The notes beneath the pieces were generated by a model. The model made no database searches and was not told where the DNA came from. It saw only the letters and a program-made list of their open reading frames with translations. Of a DNA stretch of 64,000 nucleotides, positions 1 to 12,400 are shown one piece after another; within the stretch, counting starts at the first letter, position 1; the number at the start of each line of letters is the position of its first letter. The DNA comes from Gekko japonicus (taxonomy: Eukaryota). The stretch lies in contig NW_015169784.1 in the NCBI RefSeq assembly GCF_001447785.1, positions 725,828-789,827 on the forward strand. The letters run 5' to 3'. A program made the translations under genes and the position numbers.

Positions 1-460
1 CCCTGTTCTCCCATCCCAGTACTAACCCGGGTCAACCCTGCTTAGCTTCCAATGAGCTTGGGCTAGTCCGGCCTATTCAAGTACAGCCAGCGTGGATTTG
101 TTACGGGGCGAACTGCCATCAAGCCAATTCATTGGGTACATGGAGTCAAGGCCCACCCCATGGGTTCCTCCACCTGCAGCTCCTAAGTTATCTTATGATC
201 ACGCTAGTGAGGGCTTTTGCTCAGGCTGTGAGTGAAACTTCAAAACTGCATCGCAAAGGGTTCTTTCCAAGTATGCCGCTTGTCAACACACCAGTAAGGA
301 AGCGTTTCAGAACAGGCGTTTGTATTTTCTTTTAAAACGATACGATGCAGCAGCGATGAGGCATGTGACCAGTAGCAGCACAGACTGATGTTTGGGGGGA
401 CTCTTCCACGCAATGCTTTTCTTTAAAGAGCTCCAAAGCAGTATAAGCCCAGCTCCACCC

Positions 461-586
461 TCACTTTGGTTTGCCTTCATCAAGGGGCAGCTGCCAGTCT
501 GGTGGAGGGCTTTTCCTTAAGGTCCACACTGGATCGTACTTCCGTTTTTCCAATATCCGCTCTTTTTCACTCTTGCAGAGGGAGTC
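461..586 (-). CDS. C22orf39: C22orf39 coding exon 3 (with TGA)
   Basis: ttccag|GAC, DSLCKSE...EGKPK*. Confidence 0.93.
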   Translation of the reverse strand, partial: DSLCKSEKERILEKRKYDPVWTLRKSPPPDWQLPLDEGKPK

Positions 587-3500
587 CTGGAAGAACAAAC
601 AGGACGTCGCGTTATTTGGGGGGGGGAAATTAAAACTAAAAAAATCAGCTTTCACTATGACCCCAGAGCTGCATGCAGCTAGGATGGCTTTGCTTGCCTT
701 TTCGTTCAACTACCGCCAGACGCCCTGGGGCCACCTTCTTCTTCCTGATAGACCACAGTTGTGACCGGGCTCCAAAAAGCATACTTGAAGACTGCCCAGG
801 TTTGCAAAAAAGGTTTCCCTTGCTCAAAAGCCAATCAAATCCGACTCTAGGGGGTGGTGCTCATCTCCCCAACTCTCATCACCCCAACAGTTGGAGAACT
901 GCCCTGTATTTCGTACGTCATTTAGGTGTCCTACGAAATCAACTGATTTACAAAGTGTGGTTCCAGGGCAGGGTTCCCCAACGTGGTGCCCACAGGTAAC
1001 CATGGTGCCCACCAAGCTTTTCAGAAAGTAGGCAGGGCCATTGTGAGGCAGAGCTTCAGGGATGTAGCCAAAAAATTTTGGTTGGTGGGGAGGGGGGCGG
1101 CCATGCCTGCTGCTCTTCTTGCAGCAGCAGAAGCAGCACCTCCGGCTCCACTGCAACCTCTAGTCCCCTCGAATCTGGGCTGCTTTTCTGTGTAAGCTGG
1201 GGGGGTGGAGGGATCTCTGACTCACTCTCTCTTTTGCATTTTGCCATTTTATTTTATTTGCCTTTTTAAAAAACTATTTTTTGGCCCAGAAAAAAAGAAA
1301 ATGAGGCTGAAGCTTCCCTGACTGCCCATCTTATTTTATTTGCATTTTTAAAAACCTATTTATTTTTCGGCCCAGAAAAAAAAATGAGGCAGAAGCTTTC
1401 CTGACTGTGCCTGGGAAGCCCATTTTGGAAGCCCCATGCACATCTTTTTAATATATATATATTTTAAAATTCTGATCCCCCCCCCCAAAGGGGTGGCACT
1501 TATCAGTGGAGAGGGGGCATTGCCCCCAAATGCGCCCTTGTGGCTATGGGCCTGTAGAGCTTATTATTGGCTGCCATCATTCAAATGAAAGGGTTTTCTG
1601 TTGAAGGATCAAGAGGAATAGTGGGCACCTGGGCTTTCCTTAGTCAAAGTGTGGTTTCATTTCCCCCTTCAGGCTTTCCTTCTTCCCAGGAAGCATGAGG
1701 AGGACTGTATTCTATGTGGCTCTGCCTGCTGTGGAAGCCATTTTTGGGGCAGTGCTCACCACCGTCTCTCAAAATTCCAAATGTGCCCACAGGCTCAAAA
1801 AGGTTGGGGCCCCCTCTGCACATACTTTATGCAAGAGAAGGTCCCAGATTTAATCCTGGTTAAACGATCTCAGATGCTGGGAAAAGAAAATCCTGCAGAT
1901 GCTATAGCCAATTAAAGGAGAAGGTAAGGAGCTTGATGGCTTGACTAGGAGGCCAACAGTCGTGATAGTCTGACCCACAATCAAACAGTCATAAGACTTA
2001 TAAAGAATGCTGTTTATGTATTGCAATCTAAAGCACTACAACAAGATACACAACTCAATAGAAAATCCTTGAACCAAGGTACATAATCACATAATCAACG
2101 TCGTCTCCGGATTACATAACGTTTCAAAAAAAATGGATTTTCTTCAGGAGATATTCTGTAGTGTACAAAAATACAATTTTTAGAATATGTGCTACACCAA
2201 TAACAAGAGACAATACAATAATCTTAGTGCTTACTTACATAATGGTGCCAAAGCTCCTGAAGAAGATCCATTTTTGATTATGTGATTATGTACCTTGGTT
2301 CAAGGATTTTCTATTGAGTTGTGTATCTTCTTGTAGTGCTTTAGATTGCAATACATAAACAGCATTCTTTATAAGTCTTATGACTGTTTGATTGTGGGTC
2401 AGACTATCACAACTGTTGGCTTTATACTTGTTTTACTGATTGGGTCGTGTGTGTCCAGATTTTTTTGTTGACTAGGAGGCCGCCACAGACGTTCCTGTAT
2501 GTTAACAAATAAAAAGAGATCCATAGTATAGTCTGAATGACCAAAAAATCAGTAGCTGATTTAATGAGTGACTTGCGATTCTGTTTGTCGAAGCGTACGT
2601 GGGTGTTTCAGGGGAACTGCAAATGACTCACTTGCACTTCTAGGCACCCTTGCTCAGAAGTAAATTCCACTGCACTCAGTGGGATTTAATTTTGAGCATG
2701 CGTGCAGAGGATTACTCTGCTCGTCCGTAACGGATCATTTGACAGCCCCAACCATCACGCATGGACGTTTATATTTCTATATGTATTTTTAGTTTGTTCG
2801 TGCATTTAGAAGTGTGTCTAATGATACATTAAATACAGGTGATGACGGATGAACATGATTACACTCATCAATCAGGTGCACTTTGGAAGCACCTTCTCCC
2901 CCTTTCTGGCTTTCACACGCCAACTGAAAATTGATTAGGATCTCATAATTCGGATGTTCTATGACCTCTATGCTGTTTTATTCTGTTTCATCCTCTATGA
3001 TGGAGCTGTCCACCGGCTTCACTGTGCTTGTGCGGTGTGGCAATTTCGTAGGGCCCATCACTAAAACAAATGCATCCTCCCCAGTCCTAAGCTTTGCAAA
3101 CGGCTGTGAACTCCCACCTGTATAAATCAGGCCCCACTCAGGGATACATTAAATACAGGTGATGACGGATGAGCATGATTACACTCATTACGCCAACTGA
3201 AAATTGATTAGGATCTCATAATTCGGATGTTCTATGACCTCTATGCTGTTTTATTCTGTTTCATCCTCTATGATGGAGCTGTCCACCGGCTTCACTGTGC
3301 TTGTGCGGTGTGGCAATTTCGTACGGCCCATCACTAAAACAAATGCATCCTCCCCAGTCCTAAGCTTTGCAAACGGCTGTGAACTCCCACCTGTATAAAT
3401 CAGGCCCCACTCAGGGGTTCCATTTGGTTATTCCACTGTGTGATGCTTGCCTAGTGGCTCCACGTACCTTTGCTGCTGAGCTTTTCGTTTTCTCCCACTC

Positions 3501-4829
3501 TCTGCAGTTCTCATAGTCCCTTTTCCACTGCGCACAGGAAGGCGCTTCCCCATAAGTATAGTAGTGATGGAAAAGGTTCCGGATGCTTCGGCAGTGTTTC
3601 CATTCAGACCGGTAGTCATCACAAGCTCGAGGAGGCTGCCAGGGACAAGAATTGTACACTCGTGTTTAAGGAGGCCACAGAAATCGCTATGGAAGCTGCT
3701 ACTTTCTGACCATGATCAAGCACAGTGCCAATGAGTTATAGCGCTTGTTAAGCCTTATTATAAATTGTCTTTTATAAGATGGTTACTGAAAAATAATGAT
3801 ATGATGGATTCAATCGTCAAAGGTCTCAGTTCAAGGATGATGCCGTTCGGTTCAACAGAGCCTGCCAGCCTTGGTATCCGTTCCTCACAAAGCTGCTTCA
3901 AGGCAGAACAGAACGAAGTCCTGTGTATCTATCTCAAGCCATATCACACAGAACAGTCAACCACAATACTCCAAAAATACTCATTAAGACAATTTCTTAC
4001 AGGCATGCAGTTCAAATCTTTCAGTATGCAAAGGTAAGACACACCATTCTAACCATGAACAGGAGCAAAAAGGACAACTAGCAGTTACGTTACATGCCAG
4101 GTTGCAGAAACTGCATTGGAAGAAACATGCAACAATTGTGCCAAAGAAGGTCCTAGAATGTCACTATTTTACATTATGTTGGTTGGTTCTGATACAACAT
4201 ACAAAGTGCCTCTTGTTTTAGGTCTCTGCTTATACATGGAGTTGGACCTATTTTGTATAGGGATTTCTCACACACTAAAACAATCACTCAAATGGAGTTC
4301 ACACATACAAGAGAAGCAAAGAATACAGAACCTGGTTTTTAAATGTTCGAAGAACCACCCCTTCGCACAGGCAGTTCAATTGCATCTGGGAAGATTTCTG
4401 AGTGCAGAAAGCATGAAAATCACTGCATGCTTCACCACATTTATTTATTTAATTCATTTACACCCAACTTTCTCCCCAATGGGGATCCCAGGCAACTTAC
4501 ACCATACTCTTCTCCTCCATTTTATCCACACAACAACCCTGTGAGGTAGGTTAGGCTGAGAGAGTGTGACTGGTCCAAGGTCCACCGGTGAGCTTCCATG
4601 ACAGGAGTAGGGATTCAAACCTGGGTCTCCCAGATACAACTCCAACATTCTTAACCTCTGCAACACACTACACAGTACGGCACCAGCCCTCTGAACAGTG
4701 TCAAGAAAGAAATGCATCCTCAGCAACCTTTGAACCGAGATCTACAATTGAGCTCACTTTCAGCAGCGCATTCCCCAGTCGCCCAAATTCATATGCCCCA
4801 CTTACCCGCCAGGTCGCCCCATCAGCCAT
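461..4829 (-). CDS. C22orf39: C22orf39 homolog (UPF0545 / synaptic plasticity regulator PANTS), 3 coding exons, 105 aa
   Basis: join(4806-4829, 3468-3635, 461-586) = 318 nt. Translation MADGATWR-PPRACDDYRSEWKHCRSIRNLFHHYYTYGEAPSCAQWKRDYENCREWE...-DSLCKSE...VWTLRKSPPPDWQLPL matches human C22orf39 (MADGSGWQPPRPCEAY...PPPDWHLPL). All introns GT-AG. Syntenic with UFD1. Confidence 0.95.
1941..2481. mobile_element. Penelope-like insertion with ~148-bp inverted repeat and 14-bp direct flanks
   Basis: 1951-2098 is the near-perfect reverse complement of 2274-2420. TTGACTAGGAGGCC occurs at 1941-1954 and 2468-2481. CTGAAGA...GAAAC motif in the spacer. Confidence 0.65.
2823..3415. repeat. Tandem duplication (320 bp + 273 bp, second copy with ~47-bp deletion)
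   Basis: Both units start GATACATTAAATACAGG (2823, 3143) and end CAGGCCCCACTCAGG. Confidence 0.95.
3468..3635 (-). CDS. C22orf39: C22orf39 coding exon 2
   Basis: cag|CCT...AAG|gtacg, 168 nt, PPRAC...SSAAK. Confidence 0.95.
4438..4670 (-). mobile_element. Squam3-like tRNA-derived SINE
   Basis: caacaaccctgtgaggtagg...ggattcaaac, (TAAA)n tail on minus strand. Confidence 0.65.
4806..4829 (-). CDS. C22orf39: C22orf39 coding exon 1 (MADGATWR)
   Basis: ATG at 4829-4827, donor GTAAG at 4805, in a CpG-rich promoter. Confidence 0.9.
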
Positions 4830-5130
4830 GCTTCCTGGCCCCGCCCCTGAGAGCACCGGACACTGGGGGGAGCCAATCCGCTGGAGCAACTTTATGACGC
4901 ATTCCCTCCCAGCCAATTGGCACAGTTATCGATTTCGTAAGCGCGTGAGTAGACGTTAAGGGCAAAGAGGTTGCAGGCTTAATAGTTCTCAGAGAAAACT
5001 TCCGGTTCCTTAGTGCAGTGGGAAAAGTCCACGTGCGGGCGGCGGAAAGACTGAAAACGTACAACAACATAGTTTTATCTCGAGCGCGTCAGAACTAGGG
5101 CTGTTTTTTCGCCGGGTCGCCCGGCTGCTA
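4830..5130 (-). promoter_or_regulatory. CpG-rich promoter of C22orf39
   Basis: CpG-dense. CCAAT boxes (~4873, ~4913), CRE-like TGACGCA (~4894), ETS ACTTCCGG (~4998), E-box CACGTG (~5029). Confidence 0.65.
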
Positions 5131-5666
5131 AGAGTTGGAGTGGGGAGTCGTGTATTGCCATAACATTCCCCGACCACCCTGGCACACTCACTCAGCCTTA
5201 TCTACCTGTCAAGGTTGGTGCATGCAGTCTCCCCGAAGTGCTTGCGGGAAGATGGGGAGGAGAGAATCAAACAAATACACCAGAGAGAGGCAACAAGGAG
5301 ACTGGAATTCAACTGGTGGACCGTATCTGACGCCAAACTTGAAAATGTAACTTGAAAATGTAACCTACATGGTCCTCCCGGATAAAACAAGCTATACAGA
5401 GTTCGACTATTTGAAGAGGGGCACAGTGTTTTGTTGCCTATAAAGGGTGTCTGAGAAGCAGAAATCCAGTTCCCCTGTGTAGTAGGGGGACGCTGCTGCG
5501 CCACAGGGAAAATTTCCCTGCCTGCCACAAAGAGCCCTGCCCTGCTAACTTTCCAAATGGCCTTACAGGCAGAAATCCAGCAGGCACAGCCTTCTGAAAG
5601 GCAGCAGTGGGGAAGGCTACACAGGCTAAGTTTCCTTACAATTTCTTACAAAGTTGTTACTATAGT

Positions 5667-6001
5667 AAGGTAAAGGTTCCCTTGCTCGAAAGCCAGTCGG
5701 GCCCGACTCTAGGGTTGCGGTGCTCATCTCCGTTTCAAAGCAGAAGAGCCAGCGCTGTCCGAAGACGTTTCCGCAGTCATGTGGCGGGCATGACTAGACG
5801 CCAAGGCGCACAGAACGCTGTTACCTTCCCACCGAAGTGGTCCCTATTTATCTACTTGCAATGTCTTGCTTTCGAACTGCTAGGTTGGCAGGAGCTGGAA
5901 CTAGAGTTGGGAGCTCACTCCATCATGCGGCACCCGGGTCTCGAACTGCTGACCTTCAGCCTGCAGTTCAGCGTCTTAACCACTTGAGCCACCGCAGCTC
6001 C
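5667..6001 (-). mobile_element. Sauria SINE, full length
   Basis: tRNA head (ggagctgcggtggctcaagtggttaag) and ACCTTTACCT tail. Imperfect TSD ttgttactatagt / ttgttattataat. Confidence 0.85.
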
Positions 6002-6426
6002 TTGTTATTATAATATAGGGTGACTTTTACTTTCCCCATGTACTCAGCCATATCGAGAGAGCCGGAAATAAGAGCCAATTTGTATCTTCACTTCTCTTTG
6101 ATTAAAGGTTCTGACGTAGCTCCACCTTCCTCCATACGTTACTCCTTCCTTTAGCCAATGAAGAAGGCCATTGCCTAGTGTTAAGGTTTCGCTCGAAGTT
6201 TGAGTCCGGCCAGGTGGTCCGGCACGTTTAAGACCAACAGAAGTTTTGTTCCGGGTATAAGCGTTCGTGTGCACGCACACTTCGAAGACAAACATCAGTG
6301 TAGAACTAAGCTTGAGTCCAGTGGCACCTTTAACCCGGGGGGGGCGGGGTCTTTAAGGAGCGCCTCTCCCGACCTTCTGGAAGCAAAACCACTCCTCGCG
6401 CCTCGGCTTGGTACAAGCTTGTTAAA

Positions 6427-6707
6427 GAGCTGTGGTGGCTCAAGTGGTTAAGACGCTGAATTGCAGGCTGTGGAAGGTCGGTAGTTCAGCAGTTCGAGAC
6501 CGAGTGTGCCGCACTCCCGTCTCTGGCCCCAGCTCCTGCCAACCTAACAGTTCGGAAGCAAGAAATTGCAAGTAGATCAATAGGTACCACTTCAGTGGGA
6601 AGGTAACAGCGTTCTGTGTGCCTTGGTGTTTAGTCATGCCGGCCACATGACCATGTCTTCGGACAGCGCTGGCTCTTAGGCTTTGAAGCGGAGATGAGCA
6701 CCGCAAC
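6427..6707 (+). mobile_element. Sauria SINE, 3'-truncated
   Basis: Same family as 5667-6001, opposite orientation. Confidence 0.85.
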
Positions 6708-7658
6708 GGACTATTTGAAATGGATGTTATATGTAATTTTTCCGTGAGGGATTGGAGATCCTGAAGTGCGGGGAGAGGCACTCTCACCTCAGAAGCTTGC
6801 CTTTCCATGAAACTATATATTAGAGATCCCAGAAACACCTGTAAAGGCAGAGCACAAGCTGCTAATTGGTACATCTTCAAGGGACTGGCTAGCCACAAGT
6901 CAGAGAGACTGAGACCCTGGTCTGCTCAAATGCAACAGGCCTGAATTATTGCATGTGGGTTGTTGTTGTGTATGCTTAACTATTGTTCCAGATGACATCC
7001 TTTGAAGTTGGTTTACTGTTATTTTCATAAATGCAAGGGTCACAAGGTGGGATTACACTGTCATAGACATGAACTCTCTCAGTTCTTTAATTTAAAAAAA
7101 ATATTTTTGATATTGCTCCTTGAATTAAATAGGTTATACATGCATACTTAGTGTGTGCACACGAAAGCTTATGCCCAGAATAAAAAAATGTTGATCTTAA
7201 AGGTGCCACTGGACTCAAATCTTCAAGCAGGCCCATAGCCAAAGGGGGCTGACAGGGGCAACGCCCCCCAAATGTGCCCTGCCCCTCCCTATACTCCCCC
7301 CCCCAGGAGCCTGAGGTGACGAATGGTGACAGAACCAGATTAGGCCAGTAGTCTTCAGCCAGGCATGGCTGCTGGGGCACACAGCAAGAGCTGAGCAGAA
7401 TGCCCCGCCCCAGCACTTCACTGTCCCTGCACCACCAGCAAGCTCCTCCCCTTCTTCAAGCCTTTGTTGTTACCAAGGGGACAGAGGCCAAAGAAAAGCT
7501 CCCTTCCGGCTGTGGAGCAGAGAAGCCTCAGACTTTGCTCAACCTCAGTGTGATACACCAGGCAATGGAAGAAATGCGGCGCTTTGACATCTTCCCTTTC
7601 TTGCTCAGTCAAGAGGAAGAATTCGCAGGTCAACTTGTTTAAGAAGAAAAAGCGCATA

Positions 7659-7924
7659 TATATCTTATGACATTTTCCATTTGTTTACAGAGGTTTATCA
7701 TCCTCACAACAACTCTGTGAGGCAGGACAGGCTGCAGAGTGTGACTAGCCCACGGTAGCCCAAGTAACTTTGAGTCAGAGGTGAGCTCGCAGGTCGACTT
7801 GTTATATCTTATAACATTTTCCATTTGTTTACAAAGGTTTATCATCCTCACGACAACTCTGTGAGGCAGGACAGGCTGCAGAGTGTGACTAGCCCACGGT
7901 AGCCCAAGTAACTTTGAGGCAGAG
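7659..7924. repeat. Tandem duplication of ~122 bp (SINE fragment)
   Basis: 7659-7780 vs 7803-7924 near-identical. Confidence 0.9.
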
Positions 7925-8361
7925 GGGGGAATTTGAACCTGGCTTTATCCTGTGCACCCACCGTCATGCTAGGTAGATGATTTTAAATTTGGATACTGAA
8001 AAGCAAAATGCTAGGGATGTTTCTCGATCTGGAAAATATGAAGATTTGATTGGCTGTGCAGATTTTTAAAGCATTTGCTCTGGCAGCACCTGCCACCGCA
8101 ACACAAAGATCTGACTGAAGATAAGCTGTGGCAGCGACTTCATGGCTGGCTTCACCTGTGGTGCTGGCAGCCACTTTGTGGCAGCGCCCATCACACTATG
8201 TCAGAACTCCAAAGGTGCCCACACAGTCAAAAAGGTTGGCGACACTGGTCTATTCCATGAACTGAGAGGGGGTCTGTCCATTTCCAGGCAGAAACCTGGT
8301 CATGGAGCAATTGGAGAGCCCCCGTAGTTGTGGCCCTAGTATTTGTGTGTGGGTCAGGATT

Positions 8362-8911
8362 TGTCGCTACCTGCACCTGCTACAACAGTATATGAGACTT
8401 TCCATTGTCCAATCTCTTCTACTGGCTTCAGGGGAAAAGCCCCCCCTCCCCTCCATTTAGAAAAGGTTTCTGAAGACAATCCCAGTTTCTCTTTTATTAT
8501 TGTGGAACCAGTGTGGTATTGACTGTTCAAAGGAATAGAAGCCCTTGGGCGAGTTGAACTGAATCCAAAGCCATCACAGTACACTTTAGAAGAAACAAAA
8601 AACAAATTCTAAAGGAGGGGTGCAAATATTGGTTATCCAGGAAAGGAAGGGACACACAGCACAGCTATGAAGTGACAAACCTGTGACTAGGTTACACCAA
8701 TTCAGGGTGCTCCTTATATAAAGCCCTGCACTTAGAAAGGTAGCATGACAGGGAGAAGGGGCTGTAATGGAGCCTTCTCCCTTGGACTGGGGTATTTCCC
8801 AGCACCTAGAGACAGCCTTCCTCCCCAGTCAAATAAACCAGGCAAACTGATTATCTCAGGGATACCCCTCCCTTGAAGGCATTTGCCTTAGGTCGAAAAT
8901 ATATCGCGACA
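8362..8911 (+). mobile_element. Solo LTR (ERV/Gypsy type)
   Basis: TGTCGC...GCGACA termini, TATATAAA ~8715, AATAAA ~8832, 4-bp flanks GATT/GCTT. Confidence 0.6.
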
Positions 8912-9397
8912 GCTTTACACCTGACTTGTTTCTATACAGAGATCATACTTCAGTCGCTTGCCAGGAGCAAAGTGTTAATAGTGCCATAAAGACACAGGTA
9001 AGGGATTAAATAGGCACATCACTTGCTTTAGGGGGGGGGTTGCCCCTCAACTTAGCTTCACGTGTTCCATTTAAGCAACAAGAATTCAAGATGTGGAAAC
9101 ATCTCATAAAAAGAAAGCTGCCTTCCAGGTGAACGATCAAAAGTCCACTGTTCTTAGGCAAGACGACACTATGCTAGGAGCTCTGCTTTCTGCAATCTAC
9201 CAGAGAGAGAAGTATTTGTCGGCTTAGACCTCCAGCTTAAAAGGAAAAACAGCCCTGAACGGGAAAGTACAACTTAAGACCCAAACTGGGCCAAAACGCT
9301 TAGGAGCAAGAGGGTCCCCCCCTCCCTTGCTTAAGAAAGAAAACCTAAAAGGTGAACAACACTGCTGCGGGGTTATTTTATTGTCTCTCTGCTGAGT

Positions 9398-9472
9398 TTA
9401 GGGTTTTCTTCCTTTCTTGCGCAGCGACTGGCCTTCTCCAGAAAATGCAATGAAGCGGCTTCCGGGGTCATC
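9398..9472 (-). CDS. UFD1: UFD1 exon 12 (with TAA)
   Basis: [24 protein letters not shown]. Confidence 0.95.
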   Translation of the reverse strand, partial: DDPGSRFIAFSGEGQSLRKKGRKP

Positions 9473-12400
9473 CTGAGAAGAGGAAAATGCCTTTGGTTAG
9501 CTAGGTCATTCCAGTGGCAAAGGCGACAGCTGAGCACCTGCCACAAAGGGAGCAGGCAAAGCCCACGCCCACAGATGAGGTCACGATGTCGACAGACTCA
9601 GGAAACTCCCCAACAATGATGATGTGCTGTCAAGCTGCAACCAACTTATGGTGACTCCATGGGATTTCCAAGGTGAGAGGCAAACAGAGATGTTTTCCCA
9701 TTGCCTGCCTCTGCATAGCAACCTTGGTCTTCCTTGGTGGCCTCCCTTCCAAGAACTGACCCTGGCCAACCCTGCTTATTTTCCAGCTTCTGGTGAGCCC
9801 AGGCTAATCTGGGCTGCTCCGGCTGCTGAAAACACCCTAAGCATGCAAAAAAACCCCCACAGAATCATGGAATCACAGAGGTGGAAGGGGCCATCCAGGC
9901 CATCCAGTCCAACCTCCTGCTCAATGCAGGATCAGCCTAGAGGATGCCCAACAAGTGTTTGTCCGGCTGCTGCTTAAAGATGCAAAGTGGAAAAGTTTGT
10001 GCCCCTGTGTAATCCGCCCTGAGCCCATTCGCGGGGAGGGCGGGGTAAAAATGCAATAAATAAATAAATACTGGGTTTAATTCAAGGAATTGGCTATCAC
10101 ACGCAAAGCCTTGCATGGCCTCGAACCCCCATATCAGCTTCTGTGGGTGCCACCCTGCACATGGACAAGATCACCAAGCACCCATTGTTGTTGTTCAGTC
10201 AGTTATCTATAGTGCCCCCCACCTTGTGGAATGGCCTGCGTAAGGTCAGGAAGGATTCCATGCTTCTGTCATTCCGCACACTACGTAAAACGGAGGTGTT
10301 CAGGAAAGCTTTTCTTTAAAGGTAATAGACCAATACTTAGAAAGGTTCAGGAAGGTGCTTTACAAAGAGAAAGGGACCATGTGGACTACACCACTGTGTA
10401 ACGGGACATATTATCTGTTTGCTGCACTATTACCCTGTTGTCACTGCGTTATTTTCTACTCATGTAATACTGTTTTCTGCACTGTTATCTGCACTCTGTA
10501 TCATGTCTAATACGCTCTGCTTGTTCGGATTTTTGCAATCCTAGTCATAGTACATGGCTTATTAGACTTGCATTGTTATCTGCACTCTATACATACGCTC
10601 TGTTTGTTCGGATTTCTGTAATCCTAGTCATAGTACATGGCTTATTAGATGTCTCATCATAGTGACTTCCACTGTGTAACCCACTCTGAGTCTTAGTAAG
10701 AATAGTAATAGTAAATACAAATTGTTGCCACAAACATTTCATGTTTATTATTTGTGATCTTAGTTATATATCAACTGTATTTTTAACTGTTTATAGTGCT
10801 GTAAATCACCCAGAGCCTGTCCCGCAGGGTGGGCAATTAATAAGTTTAATAAAATAAATAAAGTAAAATAAAATAAATTATCTTTCTCAAATCAGATCCC
10901 ATCTCCAGGGACACCCCGCCGCCCAAAGGACAATTACTACCAAATTCAGGAGATAGGCTTTCAACTGATATGAAGCCACAAGGTGGCACGCAGATTGCCT
11001 CAGCAAAATCCTCAGTGTGGTCTTAAATAAAAGATACCACTTTAACCAAGTTCCAGTAATTTCATTAACAGAAACAAGAATGTGAACAACTGGCTACGCT
11101 GTCCTGACTTTGTGGCAGAAATGGACCAGAAGCATTCTAGTGGGACCACGAGTCATCTCAACAGGCTGAACTGCTGGAAAGAGCACTGGTTAGTTGCATG
11201 AAACTCTCCACTAAAATGTCAATGCGCAGCCTTACTCACCTCTTCCATTTTCTTGACCAGTGGCCGCGAATTTCTGATGAATGTGATCTTGCCGATTTTA
11301 AATTCATAATTGGGTATTCCTCTGCAGAAAAAAAAACCCAGACTGAGTTTAGTCCATTCATCTCTTTCTTGGAAATAAGGGGTTACAGGAGAAATGCTGG
11401 TATATCTTTCTATGATCATTTAGATGTCATTCTGGAGAGACAAGAGGATCCATCTGTGTTTGTATTCAGCTGCAGAATCCATATTGTATTGAGCTTTTAG
11501 TGGGGAAGCCTCTGGAACTGATCGGCTGACCTGCCGTGACAGCATGGAAAGTTGTTTCCGGACAGTCCAAATACTCAGGCAACAAAGCTGTGAAAGCTCT
11601 TTGCAGCCCAACATCTGTGAAGGATAGGATGGCTGTCATCTTGGCTGGGGTTAAAGCACAAGGGACAGGAATAACCTTTTGGAGCAGATGAAGGACTGGG
11701 AGGAGTCCTAGCAGGTAGAAAAGCATAGGAGTACGGGATTGGGAGATGGGGTTGAAGGAAGGTTCCGGATGGTGATTTGAGAACAAGAACCTGAGAAATA
11801 GGTGAATGAAGGAAAGAGAAAGAGGAAGATTGGAAGAAATCTCATAGGATTTAAGGTCAGGAGGGCAACAGGGAAGAAGACAGGAGCGCTCAAGAGGCCT
11901 GCCAGGGTAGCAAGAGAAAACGAGACAAAGCAGGCTGTGGGATGAAAAACAAAAACCTGAGGATAGGAGAAGGACATGAAGAAAAGTGAGCTAGGCCAAA
12001 GCCTCACATGGGACATTGAGACACAAGAAAAACAGAAGAAATAAGAGAGGATTGGAAAGGCAGGATTCTGGAACAGGGAACATAAAGGGCATTGGGTTGT
12101 TAAGTCCAGACTCTGACAGGGCTTCCATACCTTTAAAAGTGTCATAAAAGGGGGATTCTGCCAGGAATGGATTCTGCTGTACCTGCCACATTCTGAACTA
12201 GCAAGCTGTATGGGGTGGAGGTGAGGTGATTTTCAGATGTTCAAATGAGCCAATTCTTCCCATGCAGGATGTTATGGCTCACAAAATATTCTCAAGATGA
12301 TTCTTTAAAGAGTTTCTCTTGCAGAAGCCCTGTTCAAAACCAATGCGATTTATGCAACACTTTATTTGCTACAACAGAATGCCATGCCGGGAGCTCTTCA

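Noticed and set aside
1-460. MRPL40 last exon expected beyond C22orf39
   Set aside because: No matching coding sequence seen. 1-85 is a 5S-SINE fragment.
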